Part shown: positions 21,090-31,270 of the stretch, piece after piece
Layout of the letters: every line of letters begins with the position of its first letter
Numbering within the stretch: the stretch's first letter is position 1
NCBI GenBank assembly: GCA_963765205.1
Contig: CAVXVB010000009.1
Span: forward strand, 1,408,001-1,472,000
Source of the DNA: an uncultured Verrucomicrobiae bacterium
Lineage (GTDB): Bacteria > Verrucomicrobiota > Verrucomicrobiia > Opitutales > JABDGR01
Reading direction: 5' to 3'
Length of the DNA stretch: 64,000 nt
Program-made: the position numbers and the translations under genes
Notes under the pieces: model-generated
What the model was told of the DNA's origin: nothing
What the model saw: the letters and a program-made list of their open reading frames with translations, nothing else
Databases searched by the model: none

Positions 21090-21665
21090 ATGCGCATCAC
21101 TGGCGGCCGCGCGCGCGGCATCGTGTTGAAAATTCCCGCCCGCGGCACCCTGCGGCCGGCCACGGGTTATTTGCGCGAAGCGGTGTTTTCCTCGCTGGGG
21201 GCGAGAGTGGCCAGCGCGCGGGTGCTCGATTTGTTCGCCGGCACAGGTGCGTATGGCCTGGAAGCGGTCAGCCGCGGCGCGACGCACGCCACCTGCGTGG
21301 ACGCCAATGCCGCGGCCGTTATTGCCATCCGCGCGAATCTCGCGGCCGTGGCCAAGGCGATGGGTGTCGCCGGGCCGGACGCACTGGGCCGCGCCAGCGA
21401 AGGCGACGTGTTTTCCTGGCAACCACCGGCCGGCGCGGAATTCGATTTGGTGTTTGTGGACCCGCCCTACGCCTTGCTGCCGCAATTTGGAGCGACTCTC
21501 CTGGCGCGCACGGCCGCGTGGCTCGCGCCCGGCACGGGGGTGCGACTTTTGCTGGAAGCACCCGGCGAATACGAGCCGACCCCGCCACCGGGCTGGGTGC
21601 TAGCCCGCCGACTGGGCAAAGGCAAGCGCCAGCCCAATTCGCTGATCTTCGCGCGGGCGGAATAA
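21090..21665 (+). CDS. rsmD: 16S rRNA m2G966 methyltransferase RsmD
   Basis: MRITGGRARG, LRPAT, LDLFAGTGAYGLEA, DPPY. Confidence 0.9.
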   Translation: MRITGGRARGIVLKIPARGTLRPATGYLREAVFSSLGARVASARVLDLFAGTGAYGLEAVSRGATHATCVDANAAAVIAIRANLAAVAKAMGVAGPDALGRASEGDVFSWQPPAGAEFDLVFVDPPYALLPQFGATLLARTAAWLAPGTGVRLLLEAPGEYEPTPPPGWVLARRLGKGKRQPNSLIFARAE

Positions 21666-21688
21666 GTCGGAGAGCCGGGTTGACCCGA

Positions 21689-23599
21689 TCAATGAGTTGC
21701 CGGGTTATTCCCGGCTTGGCCGGCGCGCAAATTGGCAAAAAACGGGGCCAGCGCCGGGTCGGGTTGCGGGCCGCCGCCGATTTCCCAGGCCGCGCGGCGC
21801 TGGGCTTCCGCAGGAGTTTCGTGGCCGGACTCCGCCAGCGCCGCCCGCGCCGCCGCGCTCCAGGCGTTGTTGCCGTTGGCCAGGTTCTCCCAAAAATAAA
21901 GTGCGCCATCCACCTGTCCCAACAGCCAGAGGCACGCGCCGCTGCGGAATTGGGCGGCGGGCGATTCGGTGGCAAGGTTGGCATTATCAAGCAATTGCTG
22001 TTCAAGTTCGGCCGGGGATGGCGGGGCGGGAAGATTTTTCAGGAGCTTCGAGAACCGCCAGCCGGCGGCCAGGTCGCGGTCGGCGAAAGTTAAGGTTGGC
22101 GCGCGATCGGCATTGGTGAGTTCGTGGATGGCGCTGTCATAATTGCCCAGCGAGGCTGAGGCCGTGGCGCGCTCGCGGCTGTCGCGCGCGGCCAGGAACG
22201 CCGCCGGGCTGTTGGGCCGCGGCCACCACACCAGGATGATGGCGGCGACCATAAGACAACACACAGTGATTTTTTTCTGGCGGTTGGGCGGCCAGGGCCA
22301 CGCCACGATGCCTCCGGCCAACAACGCCAGCAGCGCGGCCACGGGCGCGCGCGTTTCCAGCGTCGGATACCACAAAAGCCCGCCCGCCGCCGCGAGGGCC
22401 GCGAGCACCATCGCCAGGCCCGCTCCGGGTGAACGCCAGCCGAGCACCAACCCGGCTAATCCCAAGGCGAACAGCATTCCCCAATCGAGTGGGTTGCCTC
22501 GCAATAAATCCGTCTCGGTGCGGGCGCGGGCATAATCCGGCCCCGGGCTGTATTCAGCCGCGCCCAAAAACTGAAACGCCTTCTTGATCACCCGCCAGGC
22601 CGAGTGCGCGGGAAAAATAGCGGCGGATTGCGCCGCCGCCCGCCACCAATAACCATTGAGCACCGCGAGACCTTCAGGCGGTTTTTTCATTTGTATTTCG
22701 TAGGACAGGATGGCCTCTTGTTCGAGCCCATCGGGCGCGGGCTGGTTGCGGGTGAATTCGACGGCGGGCAGCGGCGCGGCGTCGGGCTGGGTGACTTCCA
22801 ACGCGCGCGCCAGGCGGTATAAATCCGCGCCGGCCAGCGGTTGCGGCGAACCACCCCAAAAATTTTGCAGCAGTATCACCGCCGCGACCACCGCGCCGGC
22901 GCCCACCAACGCCGCCATCATCCGGCTGCCCCGCGCATCGGGCCCCAGAAACACCGCGACCAGCGGCCACGCCAGCGCCGTGGGCCAATAGGTGGCGGAA
23001 AAAGCCGCCGCCAACGCGAATGCGATGCCCGCCACCGTCGGATACACCCAGGTGTGACAGTGGCCCGGACGTCCACCCGCCCACATGGGTGATTGCCAGA
23101 CGACGCCCAGGGCGGTCGCCACGCCTCCCAGCCACGCCAGCAGAGCCAAAGAATCGGGGCCGGGTTGCGTCGCCAAAAAAACGGCGGGTGGATAAAAGCC
23201 CCACAAAGCGCAGGCCACGAGCGCACCCCGGCGCCGCCAAAACCGCCAGCCGATGCCCGCCATCAACGCCGCGGATAATATATGCGCGCCGCCGTTGAGC
23301 GCGCGCGCCGCCGCGGCGAGACCCGCGGCGGGCACGCCCATTTCGCGCAGCGCAGCCAATGTTGTCAAATAAGCGGGCGCGCGGAAAAACGGTTCGCGCG
23401 GCGTGGTGCCGTGGTAAAGCGATTCCGCGCCGGCCAGCCATGCGGCGGCTTCGCCCTGCGGACGCTGGCCGAGGGGGGTGCGCGCCCAGACCCCGAGCAC
23501 GAGGGCGGTGTAAAGGCCCGTCAGCAGCAACAGCCCCGCCAGACCGGCCCAAAAAGCGCGGGTTTTGAAATCGAAAGACGAGTGAGCGGAATGTTCCAC
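21689..23599 (-). CDS. Polytopic membrane protein, GT-C/PMT glycosyltransferase-like
   Basis: Many TM segments, EPFFRAPAY loop near the N-terminus, helical C-terminal tail; start uncertain (GTG 23599). Confidence 0.6.
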   Translation of the reverse strand: MEHSAHSSFDFKTRAFWAGLAGLLLLTGLYTALVLGVWARTPLGQRPQGEAAAWLAGAESLYHGTTPREPFFRAPAYLTTLAALREMGVPAAGLAAAARALNGGAHILSAALMAGIGWRFWRRRGALVACALWGFYPPAVFLATQPGPDSLALLAWLGGVATALGVVWQSPMWAGGRPGHCHTWVYPTVAGIAFALAAAFSATYWPTALAWPLVAVFLGPDARGSRMMAALVGAGAVVAAVILLQNFWGGSPQPLAGADLYRLARALEVTQPDAAPLPAVEFTRNQPAPDGLEQEAILSYEIQMKKPPEGLAVLNGYWWRAAAQSAAIFPAHSAWRVIKKAFQFLGAAEYSPGPDYARARTETDLLRGNPLDWGMLFALGLAGLVLGWRSPGAGLAMVLAALAAAGGLLWYPTLETRAPVAALLALLAGGIVAWPWPPNRQKKITVCCLMVAAIILVWWPRPNSPAAFLAARDSRERATASASLGNYDSAIHELTNADRAPTLTFADRDLAAGWRFSKLLKNLPAPPSPAELEQQLLDNANLATESPAAQFRSGACLWLLGQVDGALYFWENLANGNNAWSAAARAALAESGHETPAEAQRRAAWEIGGGPQPDPALAPFFANLRAGQAGNNPATH

Positions 23600-23659
23600 G
23601 CGGCGTGGGGGCAGTTTATGCGTTGGACAGCGAGGCAGGCAACTTGATAGCATCGGTTG

Positions 23660-24352
23660 ATGCCATCCGGTTTCCTTGCCCGCCATCCGCGCAAAGCCGC
23701 GGCGCTGGGCGCGGTGGCGCTGGCGGCGCTGGCCGGGGTCGCGTGGCTGCTTGACGGACGCCCGAACGTGGCGGAAATCGTGGTGCAGGTGAAGACGCTG
23801 GCGGGCGCGGTGAAAAACATCGTGGTCTGGTGCGCGGGCGGCAACCCGGCCCGTTATGTCGCGGCGCTGGCGGTGCTGCCTTATCTGGGCGTGCCGGTGA
23901 CGTTTATTTACCCGGTCGCCGGCATCACTTATGGTCCCGTCATGGGGTTGGTGTGGACGGCGGTGGGGTTGGCGCTGAATTTGCCGCTGGGTTATGTGAT
24001 TGGCCACTGGCTGCGCGGGCCGATTACGCGCCGGCTCGAGCGCCACCAGTGGAAGCTGCCGGAGGTGCCGCCGGGGGAATTTGGCGCGTTGATCGTGTTC
24101 ACCCGCGTCATCCCCGGGCCGCCGCTGATCGTGCAGAATTTCCTGCTCGCCATCGCGGGCGCGCCGTTTTGGAAATATTATCTTTACTCCTTGCCGCTGA
24201 CGTTGATTTTCGCGGCGGGGTGGCTGATGGCCAGCGGCGCGTTGTTGAATGGGAACGCCATGCTGGCGCTGAAAGGCGTGGGCCTGCTCGTCGCGGTGGG
24301 GCTGCTGGCGCATTTTGTGAAAAAGTTTCATCAGGCGCGGAAAAAGAGGTGA
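23660..24352 (+). CDS. TVP38/TMEM64 (DedA/VTT domain) membrane protein
   Basis: AGITYGPVMG...GYVIGHW and TRVIPGPPLIVQNFLLA motifs. Confidence 0.8.
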   Translation: MPSGFLARHPRKAAALGAVALAALAGVAWLLDGRPNVAEIVVQVKTLAGAVKNIVVWCAGGNPARYVAALAVLPYLGVPVTFIYPVAGITYGPVMGLVWTAVGLALNLPLGYVIGHWLRGPITRRLERHQWKLPEVPPGEFGALIVFTRVIPGPPLIVQNFLLAIAGAPFWKYYLYSLPLTLIFAAGWLMASGALLNGNAMLALKGVGLLVAVGLLAHFVKKFHQARKKR

Positions 24353-24358
24353 TGATAA

Positions 24359-24814
24359 TTCACCGCAAAGGCGCGAAGGGCGCGGAGAGAGAGTTTTTTT
24401 TTTGACAGAATTAACAAAATTTACAGAATTTATTCCTGGTGGATTGGGCGGCTTTGCGTAAGTTTTCTGGTCAGCCGTGTCTCGGGTTGAAATTTTTTCC
24501 GCAGCCTGAAGGGCTGTAGGAATAAAGCCCAGGGTTTCGCGCAGCGATACCCTGGGTAGGAATAGAGTAAAATATTCCGCGCCCTGTCAGGGCGCAGGAG
24601 TTGAATTCTGCTCCTCTGCCCCTACAGGGCAGTAGTTTATTGATGACTCGTTACCCAGGGTATCGCTGCGCGAAACCCTGGGCTGGATTCCTCCGCCCCG
24701 TTGGGGCGAAAGACCAAAGCCCAAACTGAGACACTACCTTCTGGTCGTCAATTTTGTTGATTTTGTTAATTCTGTCAAAATCCTCCTTTGCGTTCTTTGC
24801 GCCTTAGCGGTGAA
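24359..24814. repeat. Nested palindromic intergenic repeat cluster
   Basis: Outer IR ttcaccgcaaaggcgcgaag / ctttgcgccttagcggtgaa; next IR ttttgacagaattaacaaaat / attttgttaattctgtcaaaa; core pair agcccagggtttcgcgcagcgataccctgggta and its reverse complement. Confidence 0.85.
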
Positions 24815-24916
24815 AAAAACACCCCCACCCCCCTTCACCAATTTTCTTGCCAAAGGGCCCGGGCCGGGGCATAGCTTTTGCCGCTGGGTGGACGTGATCC
24901 ATTCCTTGCCCCTGTT

Positions 24917-27177
24917 ATGCGCGCCCATTTCGCATTTACCGCCCGGCGTTTGATTTTTTGCTGGCCGCGGCGTGCGCCATCCTCTGCGGCAAGGCGCAGG
25001 CGCAGAATTTCACTTACACGACCAATAGTGATGGCTCGCTCAACATCACCGGCTATAATGGCTCTGACACCGTGATTACCATTCCCAGCACGATACTGGT
25101 CAACGGTGTTAACCTGACAGTCACGAGCATCGGGATGGGTGCTTTCGTTAACAAAGGTCTAAACAGCGTCACGATCCCAGACACTGTCACAGACATCGGA
25201 GGGGATGCGTTCTTTAACTGTAACAGCCTGACCAGCGTCACGATCCCAGACAGTGTCACAAGCATCGGAAGCGCTGCGTTCGAATACTGCTCTGGCTTGA
25301 CCAACGTCACCATTGGCAGCAGCGTGACCAGCATCGGCAATAATGCATTCATTGAATGCTCCAGCCTGACCAGCGTCACGATCCCAGACAGTGTCACAAG
25401 CATCGGAAGCGCTGCGTTCGAATACTGCTCTGGCTTGACCAACGTCACTATTGGCAGCAGTGTGACTACCATTGGTAATGATACATTCAATGAATGCTCC
25501 AGCTTGACCAGCATTACAATCCCCGACAGCGTAACCGGCCTCGGAATGCAAGCGTTTGAAGGGTGCTCCAATTTAACAAATATCACCATTGGCAATAGTG
25601 TTACTAGCATCGGGGCACAAACATTCGAAGAGTGCTCCAGTTTGACCAACATCAACATTGGCAACAGTGTTACCAGTATCGGAAAAGAGGCGTTCTTTAA
25701 TTGCAGTAGTCTAAACAGTGTAACTCTCGGCAACAACGTCATTAGCTTCGGGGATGAAGCTTTCGCAGGCTGCATCAGCCTGACCAGCATCGCGATCCCA
25801 AAGAGCGTCACCAGCATCGGAGCATTGGCTTTTTTTAATTGCACCAGTCTGACCGCGATAAACGTGGATCCAAGCAATCCCGATTATAGTAGTGTGGCGG
25901 GAATCTTGTTCGACAATAACCAGACTTCCCTAATCCAATACCCGGCAGACAAGGTAGGAACATTCTATGCCATCCCCAACAGCGTCACCAGCATCGAGTT
26001 TGCCGCATTCGAAAATTGCCAACTATCTAACGTCACGATTCCTAATAGCGTCAGCAGCATCGGAGAAAATGCGTTTGCAGCAACTAACCTGACCAGTATC
26101 ACGATTCCTAATAGCGTTGCCAGTATTGGAAACGCCACGTTTATTGATTGCTACAACCTGACCACCGTTACGATTTCAAGCAACGTCACCATTATCGGAG
26201 ACTATGCGTTTAACAACACCGGACTGACCAATGTGACCATCCCCGATAGCGTTACCCAAATTGGAAACCAAACATTTTATGCTTGCCCGAACCTTACCAG
26301 CATCACGATTGGCAACAACGTTACCTTCATCGGTTCGTCAGCGTTCGGATACAGCTCCGACCTGATTAACGTTTATTTCACGGGTAACGCCCCCAGCGCT
26401 GATTCGAGTGTATTCCAAACTGATAGCAACGCGACGGTCTATTATTTGCCAGGCACGAGTGGCTGGGGTTCCACTTATGACGGTGTTCCGTCCGTGATGA
26501 TGGAGCAGCCGGCCATTAGCACCCCGCCAACCAATGAAACATTGGTGGCCGGAGCGAACGCCACATTCGCCGTCGCGGCCAGTGGCATCCCTGCGCCGAG
26601 TTACCAATGGCAGGTTTCGACGGATGGGGGAAATACTTGGAATAATGTCAGCGGGAATATTTATGCGGGGGCGACGACGGCAAACTTGACGATTACCAAC
26701 GCGACCACGGCGCAGTTGGGTTACCAGTATCAGGCGGTCCTCACCAATTTCGCGGGGACGACGACCACGGCGCCGGTTCCGCTGGTGGTGGGGACTTCAA
26801 ATGCGCAACTGACCTGGCTCCAGAATAATTTCACGTCCGCGCAATTGGGCCAGCCCTTCATCGTTGGCGATGCGGCCGACCCGGCGGGCGACGGGATTCC
26901 GAATCTGCTCAAATATGCGTTCAACCTTAATCCGTGGGTGGAGGGGCATCCGTTCCTGCCGCAGCCGGTTTTCGCCGCGGGGAACTTGACGCTGACTTTT
27001 CCGGCTCCGCAAACGGATATTAACTACACCGTCGAAGCCAGCCCGGATTTGATTAACTGGAGCACGGCAGGGGTGACGCAGACCAGCGATGCCGGCAACG
27101 GGACAGTGACAGGGAGTTATGGGTTGACGGGGAGCGGGCCGGTGTTTCTGCAAATTATGGTCGCGCCTATGCCGTGA
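24917..27177 (+). CDS. BspA-type leucine-rich-repeat surface protein with Ig-like and C-terminal domain; signal peptide frameshifted
   Basis: Many LTSVTIPDSVTSIGxxAFxxC repeats, Ig-like PSYQWQVS...YQAVLTN, C-terminal DPAGDGIPNLLKYAF; the ATG 24917 frame joins the 24958 frame only with one extra T at 24954-24959. Confidence 0.85.
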
Positions 27178-27180
27178 GGA

Positions 27181-27385
27181 TTCACCGCAAAGCCGCGAAG
27201 AGCGCAGAGAAAAAAATTCAACCACGGAGAACACGGAGGGCACGGAAGGGAGAGTTTCAGGTTTGGAGTTGAATTTCCTCTGTGTTCTCCGTGTCCTCCG
27301 TGGTTAATCAATTCCTTACGCAAAGTCGCAAGAAAAGAATTCTGTCAAAAATCTTCTTTCGCGCTCTTCGCGACTTGGCGGTGAA
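27181..27385. repeat. Nested palindromic intergenic repeat cluster (same outer family as 24359-24814 and 2189-2218)
   Basis: ttcaccgcaaagccgcgaagagcgc / gcgctcttcgcgacttggcggtgaa enclosing aaccacggagaacacggag / ctccgtgtcctccgtggtt. Confidence 0.8.
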
Positions 27386-27446
27386 TTGCCTTGGGTTTTG
27401 ACAGACACTGGTTTTGCGGAGACAATCGCCCCATCTTTTAATTGCG

Positions 27447-28805
27447 ATGCGAAAATCTCCCCCAGAAATGCCACCGGATTCGGCGCGCGTCCTCAGCGTC
27501 GGGGATTTGACGCGGCGCATCAAGGCGTTGCTCGAGGACGCGGTGCCGGAGGTGTGGATTCGGGGCGAGGTTTCCAATTTGCGCCGCCAGCCGAGCGGGC
27601 ACGTTTATTTCACGCTCAAGGACAGCGAGAGCCAGTTGCCGTGCGTGTTCTTTCGCGGGGAGGCGCTGCGGTGCGCGGTCGCGCTGCGGGACGGGCTGCA
27701 ACTGCTGGCGTGCGGGCGGCTGTCGGTGTACGAGCCGCGCGGGGCGTATCAACTGATCGTGCGCACGGCGCTGGAGGACGGCGTGGGGCGGCTGCGCCAG
27801 GAATTCGAGCAGCTCAAGGCGCGGCTGGCGGCGGAGGGCTTGTTCGACCCGGCCCGCAAGCGCGCGCTGCCGGCGCGACCGCGCGTGGTCGGGTTCGTCA
27901 CGTCGCCGGGCGGGGCGGCGGTGCGGGATTTCATCAGCATCCTGCGGCGGCGCGGGTGGGCGGGGCGGCTGGTGATTTTGCCGGCCAAGGTGCAGGGGCG
28001 CGAGGCCGCCGGCGAAATGGCCGCGCAACTGGCGGCGGCGGCGCGACTGGGCATTTTTGATTTGCTGGTAATTGGGCGCGGCGGCGGGAGCCTCGAGGAC
28101 TTGTGGGCGTTCAACGAGGAGCCGCTGGTGCGCGCGGTCGCGGCCTGCCCGATTCCGGTGATTTCCGCCGTGGGCCACGAGACGGATTTCACGCTGTGCG
28201 ATTTCGCCGCCGACCGGCGCGCCGAGACGCCGTCCGCCGCGGCCGAATTGATTTCGAGCGCGTATCTGGAGCAGGTCGAGTCTGTCAGCGCCCTCGGGCG
28301 GACGCTGCGCGATTACGCGGCGCAGGACCTCGAACGCCGCCGGGCGCGGCTGGAGCTGCTGGCGCACCGCCGCGCGGCGGCGTCGCCCCGCGAGTTGGTC
28401 GAGCAACAATTTTTGCGGCTGGATGACCTGGCCGGCCGCGCGCAGGCGGCCTGGCGCGAGGCCCTGCACACGCGCCGGCACGCGCTGCAACTGGCGGCGG
28501 CGGGATTGGCCGCGCAGGCGCCGGGCCCGCGTTTGCGGGTCGATCGGGCGCGCTGGCAGGCGCTGCGGCAGCGGCTGGGCCGGCTCGGCGCGACCGCGCT
28601 GGAACCACGCGAAGCCACGTTGACACATTTGAAACGCCGCCTGAAGGAGACCGATGTCGCGCGCGTGCTGGCGCGGGGTTTTGTCATTTTAGCGGACAGC
28701 GCCGGCGCGCCGGTGACGCGCCGGGCCAATCTGCATGCAGGCCAGCGCGTGCGCGCGCGTTTCCGCGACGGGGAGGCGGGATTGACAGCGGATGATGAAG
28801 GGTGA
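27447..28805 (+). CDS. xseA: Exodeoxyribonuclease VII large subunit
   Basis: VWIRGEVSN, SGHVYFTLKD, GRGGGSLEDLWAFNEE, ISAVGHETDFT, ETPSAAAE. Confidence 0.96.
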   Translation: MRKSPPEMPPDSARVLSVGDLTRRIKALLEDAVPEVWIRGEVSNLRRQPSGHVYFTLKDSESQLPCVFFRGEALRCAVALRDGLQLLACGRLSVYEPRGAYQLIVRTALEDGVGRLRQEFEQLKARLAAEGLFDPARKRALPARPRVVGFVTSPGGAAVRDFISILRRRGWAGRLVILPAKVQGREAAGEMAAQLAAAARLGIFDLLVIGRGGGSLEDLWAFNEEPLVRAVAACPIPVISAVGHETDFTLCDFAADRRAETPSAAAELISSAYLEQVESVSALGRTLRDYAAQDLERRRARLELLAHRRAAASPRELVEQQFLRLDDLAGRAQAAWREALHTRRHALQLAAAGLAAQAPGPRLRVDRARWQALRQRLGRLGATALEPREATLTHLKRRLKETDVARVLARGFVILADSAGAPVTRRANLHAGQRVRARFRDGEAGLTADDEG

Positions 28806-28835
28806 TGCCACTTCGCAAAAGAATAGGGAGCTGGC

Positions 28836-28972
28836 TTAGGTCGTGTCTTCAAACTCAGGAAATTACGGACGAAAGAAGGCGCAGCAAGACTGCGCCCCTA
28901 CAAGAGCGCGCCGGTTCCAATGTAGGGGCGCAGTCTTGCTGCGCCCTTCAGGGGTTTGAAGACAGAACCTAA
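28836..28972. mobile_element. MITE-like unit carrying an inverted GTAG-type REP doublet
   Basis: Terminal IRs ttaggtcgtgtcttcaaac / gtttgaagacagaacctaa (17/19); inner ggcgcagcaagactgcgcccctac / gtaggggcgcagtcttgctgcgcc. Confidence 0.7.
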
Positions 28973-29097
28973 CGCTCAACTTTTAACGTTTAACGCTCAA
29001 CGCTTAAGTTTAGAGAAAACAAAGATTGTTGCCCAGTGGTAAGACGGCAGTGGCTCTTATAATTGAGCGTTTAAAGTTAAGCGTTTAATGCGTTAGC

Positions 29098-29640
29098 CTA
29101 AATCGAAGCGGCCTTACTTCTGCCCTTCACCTTGCGGCTGGGCGGTTTGGCGCGGGGTTGATCGAGCAGGCGCGCGGCGAGGCGGGTGACGAGGGCGTCA
29201 ATCGCGGCGAAGGTGGCAGCGGGCGAGCCGGCGTCAAGGTCGTGGACTTGCCAGTATTCCACTTGGCCGGCGTGCCGGGGAAAGCGGGCGGTGAGGATGG
29301 GGCGATGCTCGGCTTCCTTGAGGGCGACGACATGCGCGGCGGCGGCGAGGTCGCCGCGGGTCAGCGCGCGGGGTGCGGGCGCGGTGTGGGCGAGGGCAAT
29401 GCCGCGCTGGAGCAGGATTTGGCGGGTAAACCGGGAGATATCATCGTCCACCAAATGGGTGGACAGGCCGCGGGAGAAGGCGCGCCAGGGCCAGGCGGCG
29501 GCGCGGGCGCGGTGGTTGAAGAGGGCTTCGGCGTAGCGACTGCGGTAATAGTTGCCCGAGCACAAAAACAGGACACGGCGCGGCGGCGCGGCGGTGGACA
29601 CGCGGGGGGCGGCGGGCCGGCGGGGGGAAGACTTTTTCAC
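29098..29640 (-). CDS. Low-molecular-weight phosphatase family protein
   Basis: VLFLCSGNYYRS P-loop (CX5R), AFSRG, YWQVHD. Confidence 0.8.
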   Translation of the reverse strand: MKKSSPRRPAAPRVSTAAPPRRVLFLCSGNYYRSRYAEALFNHRARAAAWPWRAFSRGLSTHLVDDDISRFTRQILLQRGIALAHTAPAPRALTRGDLAAAAHVVALKEAEHRPILTARFPRHAGQVEYWQVHDLDAGSPAATFAAIDALVTRLAARLLDQPRAKPPSRKVKGRSKAASI

Positions 29641-29645
29641 GGATT

Positions 29646-30269
29646 TTAGTCCTCGAGATCCTCAGGCGGCGGTGCTTCGCCCGATGCGTCATTCAGTTCC
29701 GCCGCGTGCTCTCTGGCATCCGAGGCGGGGTTCCCGTGTAATTTTTTCGCCTTGGCCAGTTCCTCCATCAAGACGTTGGCGACCGGGAGCGAACGGCGGC
29801 TGCGGCCGCGCGAGGGGCCGCCGCGCACGATTTCGGATTTCTTGGGCTGGCGGCTCAATTGCGCCCAGCGGACGAGTAAAAACAGGAGCATCATGCCGCC
29901 AAAAGACAGGGGAACGATGTAATCGAGACGGCCGCGCTGAAAGAAGCGGTCCGCCACGGTCCACCCCAGGCCGGTGGTCAGCAGCACAAGCAGGACGGCG
30001 CCGGGCCAGATGAACCGGGCCTCCTCGTAATAGAGGACGATGTGATTGCGTTGAATGGTCCACCAGCCCATGAACGCCAGGCCGATAAAAACCCCCGCGC
30101 CGGCGGCATATTCCATCCGCTCCATCTGCGGGACTTCGGCACGCGAGTTCAACACCGCCCAGGAAACAAAGGGCACCGCCATGATGGCAAAAAACAAGGT
30201 GAGGATATGCAGGGTGCGCCGGCGGACCGGCATCCCGCAAAATTTCAATTTGGTTGTTTTCCAAGGCAT
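29646..30269 (-). CDS. Hypothetical 4-TM membrane protein
   Basis: Four hydrophobic segments and a charged tail; 5 bp upstream of the phosphatase gene. Confidence 0.65.
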   Translation of the reverse strand: MPWKTTKLKFCGMPVRRRTLHILTLFFAIMAVPFVSWAVLNSRAEVPQMERMEYAAGAGVFIGLAFMGWWTIQRNHIVLYYEEARFIWPGAVLLVLLTTGLGWTVADRFFQRGRLDYIVPLSFGGMMLLFLLVRWAQLSRQPKKSEIVRGGPSRGRSRRSLPVANVLMEELAKAKKLHGNPASDAREHAAELNDASGEAPPPEDLED

Positions 30270-30549
30270 GGGACACCCCGGCTATGCGCCGGGCCAGGAG
30301 CGGACCACAACGCGGGGATGAATAATTGAAACAAAAATCGCAGATTTGCCGAGACAATAAAAGGAGGGCCGCGCGGAGAGGTCGCACACCGAGGTGAAAA
30401 CATCGCCTAAGTTGTTGTTTAAAAATACCTTGTGCGTCCATCGGCCAGTTCCTGCAAATCATGCTCGATGGATATTGCCTGGCCGGGAGGACGAGAAAGA
30501 GAAAGAATGGGCTTGGCCAACGCAACTCGTTGCCGAGAATGGTGTTTAT

Positions 30550-31185
30550 ATGTTTGATATGTTCAACGCTTCTGCTGCATCGCTCCCCGGATGGCTGGCG
30601 GCCCATGCCGAACAGACCGTGCCGGCTGGCGACCAAACCCCCGCGCGCGATGAGGATGCGGAGTTGATGATGGCAGTGGCCCAGGGCGATGAATCGGCGC
30701 TGGCCCAGCTCATCCGCAAGTGGCAGGGGCCGCTGATCAATTTCTTTTACCGCTCGCTGGGCTCGGTTGAGCAGGCGGAGGATCTTACGCAGTTAGTATT
30801 CGTGCGCATTTACCGGGCGGCCGACAAATACCAGCCGGTGGCCCGGTTCTCGACTTACCTTTTCCATATCGCCCGGCGCTTGCTCATCAACGAGTTCCGC
30901 CGACGCCAGCGGAAACCCCTCGAAACGATGGATCCGGCCGAGTTGCGGGCGGTGGATACGTCATCGGGGCGCGACCAGCAGCGGATGTTCGAGCTGGAAG
31001 AGGCCTTCCAGCAGGCGTTGACCAAGCTGACCGAGGACCAGCGCACCGCCATCCTCCTGTTGAAGCAGCAGGAGTTGAGTTACGAGGAAATCGCCGAAAC
31101 CATGAACCAATCGGTGGCCGCCGTGAAGACTCATATTTTCCGCGGCCGCCAGAAGTTGAAGGAAGTTTTACGAAAGATCATGTAA
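30550..31185 (+). CDS. ECF sigma-70 factor
   Basis: AEDLTQLVFVRIY, FSTYLFHIARR, region 4 LSYEEIAETMNQSVAAVKTHIFRGR. Confidence 0.92.
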   Translation: MFDMFNASAASLPGWLAAHAEQTVPAGDQTPARDEDAELMMAVAQGDESALAQLIRKWQGPLINFFYRSLGSVEQAEDLTQLVFVRIYRAADKYQPVARFSTYLFHIARRLLINEFRRRQRKPLETMDPAELRAVDTSSGRDQQRMFELEEAFQQALTKLTEDQRTAILLLKQQELSYEEIAETMNQSVAAVKTHIFRGRQKLKEVLRKIM

Positions 31186-31270
31186 ACTTTTTCGCCCAAT
31201 CCGGGGTTAAACAGTCATCTTGGCATAATCTTGGCTTCACAAGCCCCCATAACCTATTTATACTTTCGTC

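Noticed and set aside
23600..24331. 880-aa version of the minus-strand membrane protein
   Set aside because: The first ~240 codons are the antisense of the TVP38 gene; the hydrophobic protein begins near 23599.
24359..24814. Possible CRISPR array or integron attC sites among the repeat clusters
   Set aside because: Repeats are inverted and nested, not regularly spaced direct repeats with unique spacers; no cas or intI gene in the window.
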